Of a DNA stretch of 38,280 nt, positions 26,852-36,210 are shown piece by piece. The stretch is from NCBI GenBank assembly GCA_049656845.1, contig JBASML010000225.1, positions 1 through 38,280 on the forward strand. The letters run 5' to 3'. Position 1 is the first letter of the stretch; each line of letters opens with the position of its first letter. The notes beneath the pieces are model-generated. The model was not told the DNA's origin. It was given only the letters and a program-made list of their open reading frames with translations, and made no database searches. The translations under genes and the position numbers were made by a program. This stretch comes from Syntrophaceticus sp. (GTDB lineage Bacteria > Bacillota > DSM-12270 > Thermacetogeniales > Thermacetogeniaceae).

Positions 26852-28037
26852 ATGTAGGCGGGTTTTGATATTGGTAATGGATGGAGTTGGAGTTGGTGAA
26901 CTCCCGGATGCTGCGGATTTTGGTGATTGCGGTTCTTGCACACTAGGAAACCTGGCAGAAGCAGTAGGTGGGCTTAATCTCTCCTGTCTTGGCAAACTGG
27001 GATTGGGCAATATAATCCCTATTAAAGGTGTGCCTCCTGTGGACGAGCCCCTTGCAGCCTTTGGGAAGATGGCTATGCAGTCCCCAGGAAAGGACACAAC
27101 CAGCGGGCACTGGGAAATGACCGGCTTGATCCTGAAAACACCTTTTCCTACTTACCCGAATGGTTTTCCACCGGAGGTGATCATTCCTTTTGAAGAAAAG
27201 ATAGGAAGGAAGGTACTTGGAAATAAGCCCGCATCTGGAACAGAAATTATTAAGGAGCTTGGTGCCAAACATTTGGAAACAGGTTTCCCTATTGTTTATA
27301 CTTCTGCTGACAGTGTTTTTCAGATAGCTGCCCACGAAGAGGTGATCCCGGTTCCTGAACTTTATCGTATCTGTGAGATAGCAAGAGAACTGCTCACTGG
27401 GCAGCATGGAGTGGGAAGGGTTATCGCGCGTCCCTTTCTCGGTGAACCGGGTAATTTCTGGCGCACGCCACGGCGCCGCGACTTTTCTCTTGCCCCTCCA
27501 GGTCCAACACTCCTTGATTCACTAAGCCTCAGCGGTTACCAGGTGGTAGCAGTTGGGAAGGTAAATGATGTATTTGCGGGTAGTGGAATTACATTATCTC
27601 TCCCAGCTGCTGGGAATCGTGAGATTTTTATGCGGGCCGTAGATGCCTTCAAAAAACTTGATCAAGGCCTTGTCTTTGCAACCTTGGTAGATTTTGATAC
27701 CCTTTACGGCCACCGTAATGATGTAAAGGGTTTTGCTAAAGCTCTGGAAGAGTTTGATTTATGGCTACCTGATGCGCTTTCAGAGATGAGGGAGGGGGAT
27801 CTTGTGGTGCTCACTGCTGATCACGGCTGTGACCCCACAACACCCAGCACTGACCACTCCAGGGAGTATGTTCCCCTGCTGATGGTGGGATCCGAAATCA
27901 GGCCATCCTTTTTGGGGGTGCGCCCTACAATGGCGGACCTAGGTGCAACACTGGCGGCACTTTTTGACGTTAAAAAGGGGGATGGAACTCCAATATCAGG
28001 TATTTTTAAAGAGGAGGGTAGTCATGAGGGCACTTGA
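26826..28037 (+). CDS. deoB: Phosphopentomutase
   Basis: [67 protein letters not shown]. Confidence 0.95.
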   Translation: MRKHIPDRKCRRVLILVMDGVGVGELPDAADFGDCGSCTLGNLAEAVGGLNLSCLGKLGLGNIIPIKGVPPVDEPLAAFGKMAMQSPGKDTTSGHWEMTGLILKTPFPTYPNGFPPEVIIPFEEKIGRKVLGNKPASGTEIIKELGAKHLETGFPIVYTSADSVFQIAAHEEVIPVPELYRICEIARELLTGQHGVGRVIARPFLGEPGNFWRTPRRRDFSLAPPGPTLLDSLSLSGYQVVAVGKVNDVFAGSGITLSLPAAGNREIFMRAVDAFKKLDQGLVFATLVDFDTLYGHRNDVKGFAKALEEFDLWLPDALSEMREGDLVVLTADHGCDPTTPSTDHSREYVPLLMVGSEIRPSFLGVRPTMADLGATLAALFDVKKGDGTPISGIFKEEGSHEGT

Positions 28038-29337
28038 TCTGATAATTAAAAAACGGGACGGAAATAAACTGAGTTTTCAAGAGATAGATTATCTAATTCA
28101 GGGCTATACCAATGGTCTTATTCCTGATTATCAGATGGCATCCTTTTTGATGGCTGCATTTTTACGTGGCCTAGATTTTGCTGAAACAAGGGATTTGACC
28201 AGGGCAATGATCAAATCAGGTGAAACTCTTGATCTGACAGGGATTCCTGGTGTTAAGGTAGACAAACACAGCACAGGTGGTGTGGGCGATAAGACCACAC
28301 TTGTCTTGGTACCCTTGGTAGCAGCAGCCGGGGCAGTAGTTGTCAAGATGTCTGGGCGTGCCCTGGGCCATACAGGAGGCACACTGGATAAATTAGAAAC
28401 CATTCCCGGATTTCGCGTGGATTTATCTTTAAAGGAAATTCTCGGTGTTGCCCGGAGAACAGGAGCTGTTTTGGCGGGCCAGACCGTCGGCCTGGTACCT
28501 GCAGATAAGAAGATCTATGCACTGCGAGATGTCACCGGAACTGTGGACAGTGTGCCGCTTATTGCTAGCAGTATCATGTCCAAAAAGATCGCTGCAGGTG
28601 CGGACAGGATCGTTTTGGATGTCAAGGTGGGATCAGGGGGCTTTCTCACTTCTGTGAAACAGGCGCAGGCGCTCGGTGAATTGATGGCTGCTCTGGGTAA
28701 GGAGTTTAATCGTAAGACAGTGATCGTTCTCAGCAGTATGGTGCAACCTCTTGGGTGTGCGGTGGGAAATGCTCTAGAGGTACAGGAGGCTGTAGCTACC
28801 TTGAAAGGGGAGGGTCCCGCTGATTTAACTGAGCTCTGCCTGGTGCTGGGAGGGGAGATGCTGGCAGCAGCAGGTGTTGCTGAAACTCCCCAGATGGGCA
28901 GGGAGCGGCTGCAGGTGCTCCTGGAGCAAGGTGCTGGTTTAGACAAGCTGAGAGAGATCATTATAGCTCAGGGGGGTTCCCCAGATTTTATTGACAACCC
29001 ATCGCTTTTGCCTGCAGCTGCTCAAAATGTTGAGATTTTAGCACAGGATTGTGGCTTTATTCAGGAATTAAATGCCAGAGAAGTGGGCTGGGTTTCACTG
29101 TTGCTCGGTGCTGGGCGGCTGCGTAAAGAAGATATCATTGACCCGGCTGTAGGTGTTACTGTTATGAAAAAAAGAGGAGACGCGGTTGCTGCCGGGGAAG
29201 TCTTGGCTGTGCTTCACGTGAATAGTACCGAGAACTTGGATGAAGCCAAACAAAGGATGAGTCAGGCTTTTACTATCGGACGGGAACAGCCGTCACTGCC
29301 ACCCCTCATTTACGATGTGATTCGCTCTCCTAGATAA
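28024..29337 (+). CDS. pdp: Pyrimidine-nucleoside (thymidine) phosphorylase
   Basis: [47 protein letters not shown]. Confidence 0.95.
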   Translation: MRALDLIIKKRDGNKLSFQEIDYLIQGYTNGLIPDYQMASFLMAAFLRGLDFAETRDLTRAMIKSGETLDLTGIPGVKVDKHSTGGVGDKTTLVLVPLVAAAGAVVVKMSGRALGHTGGTLDKLETIPGFRVDLSLKEILGVARRTGAVLAGQTVGLVPADKKIYALRDVTGTVDSVPLIASSIMSKKIAAGADRIVLDVKVGSGGFLTSVKQAQALGELMAALGKEFNRKTVIVLSSMVQPLGCAVGNALEVQEAVATLKGEGPADLTELCLVLGGEMLAAAGVAETPQMGRERLQVLLEQGAGLDKLREIIIAQGGSPDFIDNPSLLPAAAQNVEILAQDCGFIQELNAREVGWVSLLLGAGRLRKEDIIDPAVGVTVMKKRGDAVAAGEVLAVLHVNSTENLDEAKQRMSQAFTIGREQPSLPPLIYDVIRSPR

Positions 29338-29500
29338 AAAGAGAAACCGGAAACCTGGTCCGAAACCAGAAAAAGCCACAAACTGCTCCGGCAAGACGGC
29401 CTGTCATCTTTTTTACAACCGCTCACCTCCGGCTTTAGATATCTATGATATCTATTATGCTAGGCTTGCTTTATTGTTAGAATTGATTATTCTTTTTTCT

Positions 29501-29668
29501 AACCACCAACCACCAACTACTAAATCGCCAACCACTAACCAGTGATGCACAGTGTACCAGGGACTGTCCCTAATGCCTGCAGCAGGTATCATCAAACCTC
29601 TCACATTATTATTTTTTAACGACTAACGACCAACCACTAACCACCATTCTTGGGATGCTGTCCCAGGA
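29501..29668 (+). repeat. Two modules of AACCACY-type heptamer array, each followed by a GGGA..TGTCCC hairpin
   Basis: 29501-29543 (about 6 units) then AGGGAC-T-GTCCCT (29559-29571); 29618-29645 (4 units) then TCTTGGGA-TGCTG-TCCCAGGA (29648-29668). Confidence 0.7.
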
Positions 29669-29730
29669 GTAAGTGGATTAAATTTGCAGATACTAAAGAA
29701 AGACGATTTCTTTAGGGAGGTAGTAGTGCT

Positions 29731-30879
29731 ATGCGTCGTTGCCGTTGGATAGTGTTTATTTCTTTAGCTATATTTCTTCTACAACTTGTACCCACCAGTT
29801 TTGCTTGGGGCAGTGTACAACCGGAAACAAAAGCACCTTCTGCAGTTCTCATGGAGGCTAGTACAGGAAAAATAATCTATCAGAAAAACCCTCATCAACG
29901 AATAGCTCCAGCCAGTGTGACCAAAGTAGTTACTCTCCTTGTGGCAATGGATGCACTGAAAGATGGAAAAGTAAAATGGAATGACCGGGTAGTAACCAGT
30001 GAAGCTGCTTGGGAAATGGGGGGTTCTGAGATCTGGCTGGAACCTGGGGAGGAAATGTCCTTCAAGGAGATGATGATTGCTATTGCTGTAGGATCGGCTA
30101 ATGATGCATGTGTGGCAGTAGCCGAACATATCGCCGGAAGTGAAAAAGCCTTTGTGGGTCTCATGAATCAGAAGGTTAAGGAGTTGGGCCTAAAAAACAC
30201 TCATTTTGTTAATTGCCACGGTCTTCCTGCAAAGGGTCACTATACATCTGCCTATGATATGGCTATGATCTGCCGAGAGGCCGCCCAGTACCCGGAATAT
30301 CTGGAACTGACTAGCATCAAACACTATTACAAGCTGCGCGGTGGGAAAACAAAACTTGATAATACAAATAAACTCCTATGGTACTATGAAGGGACAGATG
30401 GTTTTAAAACCGGATGGACAGCAGAGGCCAATTATTGTCTGGCATCAACGGTAAAGCGTGGTGATCTGCGGCTTATTTGCTGTGTTTTCGGTATTCCTGA
30501 GATTGATGGCCATTTTAAGGAGTCCATAAAATTATACAATTGGGGTTTTGCCAATTATACTTTCAAACAACTGGTGAAAGCTGGAGAGGTTGTGGGAGAG
30601 GTTCGCGTTGGTAAAGGAACCGTAGATCGTGTCGGGGTGGTTGCTCCACAAGGTGCCGGTATTTTGTTGCAAAAAGGTGAGGATAAAAAAGCAAAAACAG
30701 AAATCAAGCTTTTACCTTATCTTAATGCTCCTGTAAGCCAAGGGGATACTGTAGGTGAATTAAAAATCATCGTCGACGGTAAAACCTATGAAAAGGTTCC
30801 TCTTGTGGCACAAAGAGATGTTCCCCGGGGAAGCTTTTGGCACCAATTAAAAAAGAGTCTCTGGTCAGTGGCGGGTTAA
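29731..30879 (+). CDS. dacF: D-alanyl-D-alanine carboxypeptidase (sporulation)
   Basis: Signal peptide; SVTK (SxxK), SAN (SxN), KTG; directly upstream of the spoIIA operon. Confidence 0.9.
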   Translation: MRRCRWIVFISLAIFLLQLVPTSFAWGSVQPETKAPSAVLMEASTGKIIYQKNPHQRIAPASVTKVVTLLVAMDALKDGKVKWNDRVVTSEAAWEMGGSEIWLEPGEEMSFKEMMIAIAVGSANDACVAVAEHIAGSEKAFVGLMNQKVKELGLKNTHFVNCHGLPAKGHYTSAYDMAMICREAAQYPEYLELTSIKHYYKLRGGKTKLDNTNKLLWYYEGTDGFKTGWTAEANYCLASTVKRGDLRLICCVFGIPEIDGHFKESIKLYNWGFANYTFKQLVKAGEVVGEVRVGKGTVDRVGVVAPQGAGILLQKGEDKKAKTEIKLLPYLNAPVSQGDTVGELKIIVDGKTYEKVPLVAQRDVPRGSFWHQLKKSLWSVAG

Positions 30880-30894
30880 TCCTAAAACGAGAGA

Positions 30895-30925
30895 TAGCCC
30901 CCTCAGAATTCTGAGGGGGTTATTT
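30895..30925 (+). terminator. Stem-loop/terminator after dacF
   Basis: TAGCCCCCTCAG-AATT-CTGAGGGGGTTA followed by TTT. Confidence 0.65.
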
Positions 30926-30939
30926 AATGCCATAAAATA

Positions 30940-30968
30940 GCAGGAGTTTTTGTATTTAATGAAGAATT
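30940..30968 (+). promoter_or_regulatory. Sigma-H promoter of the spoIIA operon
   Basis: GCAGGA-N18-GAATT; spoIIA is an established sigma-H target. Confidence 0.75.
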
Positions 30969-30997
30969 AATGGCTGAAATATAAGGGAGGGGTATTC

Positions 30998-31348
30998 TTG
31001 GCTCTGGAGCTGAAGAGAATAGGGAATGTTATTGTAATTAAAATTAGCGGAGAGTTTGATTTGCAAGCAGCGGATTATTGCCGTCAGGAGATTGACCAGA
31101 AAATCCGGATCGAGGGAGTTAATGATCTTCTTTTTGACCTGGAGAAGGTTACTTTTATCGATAGTTCTGGATTAGGAGTAATTCTGGGTAGGTATAGAAA
31201 AGCCAAGGAAAACAATGGGAGGGTGGCAATCTCTAATGCCAGCTCCAGGATTTTGAAGATCTTGGAGCTCTCCGGGATTACCCGTCTGATTCCGGTTTAT
31301 CCTACTACATCGCAGGCCTTGAGTTTTCTTGCCAGGGGGGTGGGTTGA
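30998..31348 (+). CDS. spoIIAA: Anti-sigma-F antagonist SpoIIAA
   Basis: STAS domain, GEFD, TFIDSSGLGVILGRY. Confidence 0.93.
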   Translation: MALELKRIGNVIVIKISGEFDLQAADYCRQEIDQKIRIEGVNDLLFDLEKVTFIDSSGLGVILGRYRKAKENNGRVAISNASSRILKILELSGITRLIPVYPTTSQALSFLARGVG

Positions 31349-31349
31349 T

Positions 31350-31790
31350 ATGGAACTATATAATCGTATGAAACTGGAGTTATTAAGTCTTCCCGGGAAT
31401 GTTAGATTGGCGCGTGTTGCAGTAGCTGCTTTTGCTTCTGAGGTTGATTACAATGTCAGCGATCTTGAGGAAATCAAAGTGGCGGTATCTGAGGCGGTTT
31501 CTAATGCCATCACTCATGGTTATCAAATGAAACCGGATGGTGTGATTGTGATCACTGTGAGCCTTTTTGCTGATGCTCTAGAAATAATAGTTGAGGATCA
31601 GGGAAAGGGTATTGAGGATCTTGAACAAGCTCTTCAGCCTAATTCAAGTAGTGATCCGGAAAGGATGGGGTTGGGGTTTGTTTTCATGCGTTCCTTCATG
31701 GATGAAGTAGAGGTGACCTCAGAACCTGGGCGAGGTACAAAAGTTAAAATGAGCAAAAAATTGCCTGGTGAAGTTCAGGCGGAAACTTAA
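31350..31790 (+). CDS. spoIIAB: Anti-sigma-F factor / kinase SpoIIAB
   Basis: ARVAVAAFA, EIKVAVSEAVSNA..HGY, D.GKGI, ER.GLGF..M.SFMD, GT.V.M.K. Confidence 0.95.
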   Translation: MELYNRMKLELLSLPGNVRLARVAVAAFASEVDYNVSDLEEIKVAVSEAVSNAITHGYQMKPDGVIVITVSLFADALEIIVEDQGKGIEDLEQALQPNSSSDPERMGLGFVFMRSFMDEVEVTSEPGRGTKVKMSKKLPGEVQAET

Positions 31791-31802
31791 GAGACGGCTC
31801 TC

Positions 31803-32564
31803 ATGGGATCGCAGGAGATGAGTCTACCTCGCTTTCCTCTCCTCACTGATGAGGAGACACAGCAGTTGTTAGAGAGAGCACGCCAGGGTGACCAAAAGGC
31901 GAGAGAAAAGCTGGTCAACTGCAATTACCGTTTGGTGTTCAATATTATCAAGCGTTTCGAGGGACGTGGCTATGAGAATGACGACCTTTTTCAAATTGGG
32001 GTTATAGGGCTGATTAAAGCAATTGACAACTTTGATCCTTCTTTTAAAGTAAAGTTTTCTACTTATGCAGTACCGATGATTATCGGAGAGATTCGCCGTT
32101 TCCTGAGGGATGATCACCCGATCAAAATCACCAGGGCGATGAAAGAAAAGGCAGTTCAGGTAAAGCAATCCCGGGAGAACTTGGTCCGAAATTTGGGCAG
32201 AGAGCCAACTGTTGCAGAGATTGCTTCGGATTTGGGTATAGCAAGTGAGGATGTGGTTCTGGCTATTGAAGCAGCACAATTACCTGTTTCTCTTTTTGAA
32301 ACTGTGGGTCAGGCGGGAAATGAGTCTTCTGAACTGATCGACTATTTGTCGAGCCATGATGAAGAAGAAGTAGGATGGTTGGAACGAATTGACCTGCATG
32401 ATGCTATGAAGTTCCTTCCAGAGCGTGAACGACAGATAATTTTGATGCGATATTTCCAGGACAAAACACAAACAGAAATAGGTGAACTGATGGGGCTGTC
32501 GCAGGTTCAGGTTTCCCGCCTGGAGCAAAGAGCGGTTACCAAGCTGCGAGAATACCTGCGTTGA
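31803..32564 (+). CDS. sigF: Forespore sigma factor F
   Basis: DDLFQIG.IGLIKAID.FD, FSTYAVPMIIGEIRRFLRDD, RYFQDKTQ.E, SQVQVSRLE; third gene of spoIIA. Confidence 0.95.
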   Translation: MGSQEMSLPRFPLLTDEETQQLLERARQGDQKAREKLVNCNYRLVFNIIKRFEGRGYENDDLFQIGVIGLIKAIDNFDPSFKVKFSTYAVPMIIGEIRRFLRDDHPIKITRAMKEKAVQVKQSRENLVRNLGREPTVAEIASDLGIASEDVVLAIEAAQLPVSLFETVGQAGNESSELIDYLSSHDEEEVGWLERIDLHDAMKFLPERERQIILMRYFQDKTQTEIGELMGLSQVQVSRLEQRAVTKLREYLR

Positions 32565-32596
32565 CTCGGGTTGAGTTCCCGGGTTTTATTTTTTTT
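32563..32596 (+). terminator. Intrinsic terminator after sigF
   Basis: GACTCGGG / CCCGGGTT stem then TTATTTTTTTT. Confidence 0.7.
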
Positions 32597-32655
32597 GAGT
32601 ATATTTACCAGAAGGGAGGAAATAATAACAGTAAAATTCAAAGGAGATGGTTTGA

Positions 32656-32850
32656 TTGGTTGTTAAAGTTATGGATCTTGTCGGAGAATCAAATACCAGT
32701 TGGGATGATGCAGTGAGGGGAGCGGTGCAGCAGGCCTCTCAAAATGTGGGTAATATTACCGGTGTGGAAGTTGCGAACCTTACAGCTGGGGTCCGAGATG
32801 GCAATATTTTTGAGTATAAGGCAAATGTGAGGATTGCTTATAAAGAGTAA
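32656..32850 (+). CDS. Dodecin family protein
   Basis: VKV..LVGES..SW.DAV..AV..AS, I.EYKANV.IA; SD AAGGAG; GTATA-N17-AATAATA sigma-G-like element at 32599-32627. Confidence 0.85.
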   Translation: MVVKVMDLVGESNTSWDDAVRGAVQQASQNVGNITGVEVANLTAGVRDGNIFEYKANVRIAYKE

Positions 32851-32965
32851 TTCTTTTTGATTGATTGAGAATACTACTCCAAGAGAGGTACCAAGTAGCA
32901 ACTTCCTGATTTTTGTAAGTTAAAGGTGCGTACCAGGCATCAACCTTTACTTTATATATTAGATG

Positions 32966-32999
32966 CTTAGTTGGTTGTTGGGGTTAGTTGTTAAAAAAG
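32966..32999 (-). repeat. Degenerate heptamer array on the minus strand
   Basis: Reverse complement reads CTTTTTT AACAACT AACCCC AACAACC AACTAAG, the same T-run plus array layout as at 29.5-29.6 kb. Confidence 0.5.
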
Positions 33000-33085
33000 G
33001 ATGTTCTGTCAAGATATTCACTATACAACACAACGGGATATTCTCAATGTATCGGCATGATGGCTGGCGAGTTGTGTCAGTTTTT

Positions 33086-33142
33086 GGATCAGGATTGGAT
33101 CAGGAGAACCGTCCCTGTGCTCTCTTTGTGATCCAGTGATCC
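33086..33142. repeat. Degenerate REP-like element (GGATCAGGAGAACCGTCCC...GTGATCC)
   Basis: Doubled arms GGATCAGGA x2 and GTGATCC x2 around an AGAACCGTCCC core. Confidence 0.5.
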
Positions 33143-33239
33143 AGAGGGGATGGACACACTGGTTGAGTTGGATTAGGAAGTTGTCTATTGATGACCCCTG
33201 ACATCCGGTTTCCGACTTCTATTTCAGGTAGGTGAGCAA

Positions 33240-33710
33240 ATGATGAAGGGGAATGTGGAGCAGCAGCAAGAGCAAGAAAACTGTTTGGAAGAGTACAGGC
33301 TGTTAGTGGATGAGATTAAACCAAAGCATAATGTTGTAAAAAACTGTTTCTATGCTTTTTTAGTAGGGGGGACCATCTGTCTTATTGGGCAGTTGTTTTT
33401 AACCCTTTATTTAGGACAGGGGTTTGGTGAAACAGAAGCTGTGGCGGTTACAGCCGGAACCATGATCTTTTTAGGGGCTTTTTTAACAGGTATTGGGGTC
33501 TATGATAAAATCGGAAAAATTGCTGGTGCAGGTTCCATTGTTCCCATTACCGGTTTTGCCAATTCCATTGTGGCACCTGCTATGGAGTATAAACGGGAGG
33601 GTTTTATTTCCGGGGTAGGGGCGAGGCTCTTCACTGTTGCAGGGCCTGTGTTAGTTTATGGAATGCTTATTTCTTGTTTGATTGGTATCATTTACTTTTT
33701 GCTGGGCTAG
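33240..33710 (+). CDS. spoVAC: Stage V sporulation protein AC
   Basis: AFLVGG.IC.IGQ, LTG.GVYDK, AGAGS.VPITGFANS, FTVAGPV.VYG. Confidence 0.95.
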   Translation: MMKGNVEQQQEQENCLEEYRLLVDEIKPKHNVVKNCFYAFLVGGTICLIGQLFLTLYLGQGFGETEAVAVTAGTMIFLGAFLTGIGVYDKIGKIAGAGSIVPITGFANSIVAPAMEYKREGFISGVGARLFTVAGPVLVYGMLISCLIGIIYFLLG

Positions 33711-33720
33711 GGTGAATGTA

Positions 33721-34728
33721 ATGGGGAATAAAAGTGGTCGGCAGTCAATCAATTTTTCTCAACCACCTGTCATCACCTCTGCGGCCAATATAGTGGGGCC
33801 TGAGGAAGGTGAAGGGCCATTGGCTTCATACTTCGACTGGATTCTTGATGATGTGCTTTTTGGTGAAAAATCTTGGGAGATGGCTGAGCGCAAAATTTTA
33901 GAGGAAAGCGCAAAGCTTGCACTGCAGAAGATCAATTTGCAGCCTCAGGATGTTGACTTTTTTTTAGCTGGGGACTTGATGAATCAGATTATTAGTGCCA
34001 ATTATACCGCCCGTGGGTTGGAAATACCTTTTTTTGGACTATTCGGCGCCTGTTCTACATTTGTAGAAGCCTTGCTTTTAGGGGGTATGCTTGTAGAAGG
34101 GGGATTTGCTCAACGTGTTCTTTTAGGCTCAGTCAGTCACCATCTTAGCGCAGAGAGGCAGTTTCGCTTCCCGGTGGAACAGGGTGTACAGAGGTCTCCT
34201 ACAGCCCAGTGGACCACCACCGGCAGTGGGGCTATAGTTTTAGAGTCTGCGGGAGATGGGCCCCGAGTGAACAAGGGAACTGTGGGGAAAGTGGTTGATT
34301 TAGGTATTTCAGATGTGAACAATATGGGGGCAGCTATGGCCCCGGCAGCTGCGGACACCATTTTGAGCCACTTTCAGGATACTGGAACGAACCCTGATTC
34401 CTATGATCTAATTGTAACCGGAGACCTAGGCAGTGTAGGTCAAAAAGCGTTGTTGCAACTGCTCAAACAGCGCGGCTGTGATCCTGGTGAAAAACTAAAG
34501 GATTGTGGACTTATGATCTATGACACCTGTAAACAGGATATGCACGCTGGCGGCAGTGGGTGTGGCTGTTCGGCAGTAGTTTTTACAGGGTTATTGTTAC
34601 AAAAACTCAGGGAAAAACAGTATCAGAATCTTCTTTTTGTGGCTACTGGTGCATTGATGAGCCCAATTAGCTGCCAACAGGGAGAAACAATTCCTGCCAT
34701 TGCGCATGCCATTGCAGTTTCTAGTTGA
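33721..34728 (+). CDS. spoVAD: Stage V sporulation protein AD (DPA-binding)
   Basis: GP.EGEGPL, SWE.AE, AGDL.NQ, GACST, AERQFRFP, MGAAMAPAA, GGSGCGCS, IP.IAHA. Confidence 0.95.
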   Translation: MGNKSGRQSINFSQPPVITSAANIVGPEEGEGPLASYFDWILDDVLFGEKSWEMAERKILEESAKLALQKINLQPQDVDFFLAGDLMNQIISANYTARGLEIPFFGLFGACSTFVEALLLGGMLVEGGFAQRVLLGSVSHHLSAERQFRFPVEQGVQRSPTAQWTTTGSGAIVLESAGDGPRVNKGTVGKVVDLGISDVNNMGAAMAPAAADTILSHFQDTGTNPDSYDLIVTGDLGSVGQKALLQLLKQRGCDPGEKLKDCGLMIYDTCKQDMHAGGSGCGCSAVVFTGLLLQKLREKQYQNLLFVATGALMSPISCQQGETIPAIAHAIAVSS

Positions 34729-34742
34729 AAGGGGTGGGGTAG

Positions 34743-35099
34743 GTGAAATTTGTTTTGGCTTTTGTTGTAGGTGGCCTCATCTGTGTTATTGGCCAACTCT
34801 GGATGGATCTGACGAGGTCTTCCATAACACCAGCCCATATACTTGTCGGGTTTGTCACAGCTGGTGCAATTTTAAGTGCCTTCGGTCTTTACCAACCCCT
34901 GGTAGATTTTGCAGGGGCGGGTGCAACCATACCCCTTTCCGGTTTTGGACACAGCTTGGCCCAGGGAGCAATTAAGGCAGTCCAGCAGAAGGGTCTTATT
35001 GGTGCATTTGCTGGAGGATTAGAGGCTACAGCGGTTGGTATTGCTGCTGCTGTAGTTTTTGGCTATGTCACAGCTGTACTCTTCAATCCCCGTAGCTAA
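34743..35099 (+). CDS. spoVAE: Stage V sporulation protein AE (SpoVAEb)
   Basis: AFVVGGLICVIGQL, PAHILV, FAGAGATIPLSGFG, FGY..A..F.P. Confidence 0.93.
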   Translation: MKFVLAFVVGGLICVIGQLWMDLTRSSITPAHILVGFVTAGAILSAFGLYQPLVDFAGAGATIPLSGFGHSLAQGAIKAVQQKGLIGAFAGGLEATAVGIAAAVVFGYVTAVLFNPRS

Positions 35100-35217
35100 T
35101 TGTTGGTTTGTTCTTGATACTTGACACAATTTTGCTGTGTCTGCTGAGGTTTTTCAATACAGAATGTTAGGCATAATGCTGATTAGTATAAAAAGTTTCG
35201 GAAAAAGGTTGGATGAT

Positions 35218-36210
35218 ATGGTTAAAATAGGTATTCCCCGTGCTCTATTTTATTATTACTACTACCCGCTCTGGCGGGCATTTTTTAACAGTCTGGGTTT
35301 AGAAGTGATTCTATCCCCGCAAACCAATAAAACCATTTTAGATGATGGTGTTAGAACCACTTTGAGTGAGGCCTGTTTGCCGATTAAGGTGTTTTTTGGA
35401 CATGTAATGGCTATTGCGGATCAGGTGGATTATCTGTTTGTGCCGCGCATCACCAGAGTGGAGCCAAAGGCTTACATCTGCCCTAAATTTATGGGGCTTC
35501 CCGATATGCTCAAGGCTCGCCTGGATAATTTACCCATCCTGATCGATACAATGGTTGATGCAGGGAGAGAGGGAACATCTCGTCAGTGTTGGGTTGATTG
35601 TTTCCAGGATGTTGGAAGCATTTTTACCGAAGATAAACAGTTGGTGGATAGTTCTATTAAAGCAGCCTTTGAGGCACAGCACCGATTCAAAAAGCGTTTA
35701 ACTGCTGGTATGCTGCTTCCAGATGCCCTGGAAGATATGGAAGACAGCGATATTTCTGAGGTGGCAGCTGCTTCCCAAACACAACAAACTTTAAAGATAG
35801 GCTTGATCGGGCATCCGTATAACCTCTATGACCCCTATATCAGCATGAACCTGATCAAAAAACTCTCTGCCCTGGGTGCCTCAGTGGTGACACCCGAGTC
35901 CGTCAGCGATCAAGAAATAGAAAATAAGACCAGGGACCTGCCTAAAAGGCTTTTTTGGACACTAGGCAAAAGAATGATCGGCTCTGCCCTTAGCTTTTGC
36001 CAAGATAAAGAGTTGGATGGGCTGATTTACTTGACCTCCTTCGGCTGCGGCCCAGAATCCTTAATTGAGGAGATGGTGACGAGATGGGCTAGACAGGGTA
36101 ATAGCCTTCCCCTCATGGCCCTGACCATCGATGAGCATACAGGAGAAGCGGGAATGATTACTCGTCTGGAAGCCTTTACAGAGATGATTAAACGGAGGAA
36201 AAAAGCATGA
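35218..36210 (+). CDS. Acyl-CoA dehydratase activase-related protein (DUF2229-like)
   Basis: KIGIPRAL, EACLP.K...GH, CPKFMGLPD, GHPYN.YD, FGCGP, IDEHTGEAG..TRLEAF. Confidence 0.8.
   Translation: MVKIGIPRALFYYYYYPLWRAFFNSLGLEVILSPQTNKTILDDGVRTTLSEACLPIKVFFGHVMAIADQVDYLFVPRITRVEPKAYICPKFMGLPDMLKARLDNLPILIDTMVDAGREGTSRQCWVDCFQDVGSIFTEDKQLVDSSIKAAFEAQHRFKKRLTAGMLLPDALEDMEDSDISEVAAASQTQQTLKIGLIGHPYNLYDPYISMNLIKKLSALGASVVTPESVSDQEIENKTRDLPKRLFWTLGKRMIGSALSFCQDKELDGLIYLTSFGCGPESLIEEMVTRWARQGNSLPLMALTIDEHTGEAGMITRLEAFTEMIKRRKKA

Noticed and set aside
29491..29668. Repeat region as a possible CRISPR array
   Set aside because: Units are 7 bp and contiguous, with no 25-40 bp repeats, unique spacers or cas genes
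35121..35150. Perfect TTGACA upstream of the activase operon
   Set aside because: No -10 element at 16-18 bp spacing; it is part of a small GACACA/TGTGTC hairpin instead
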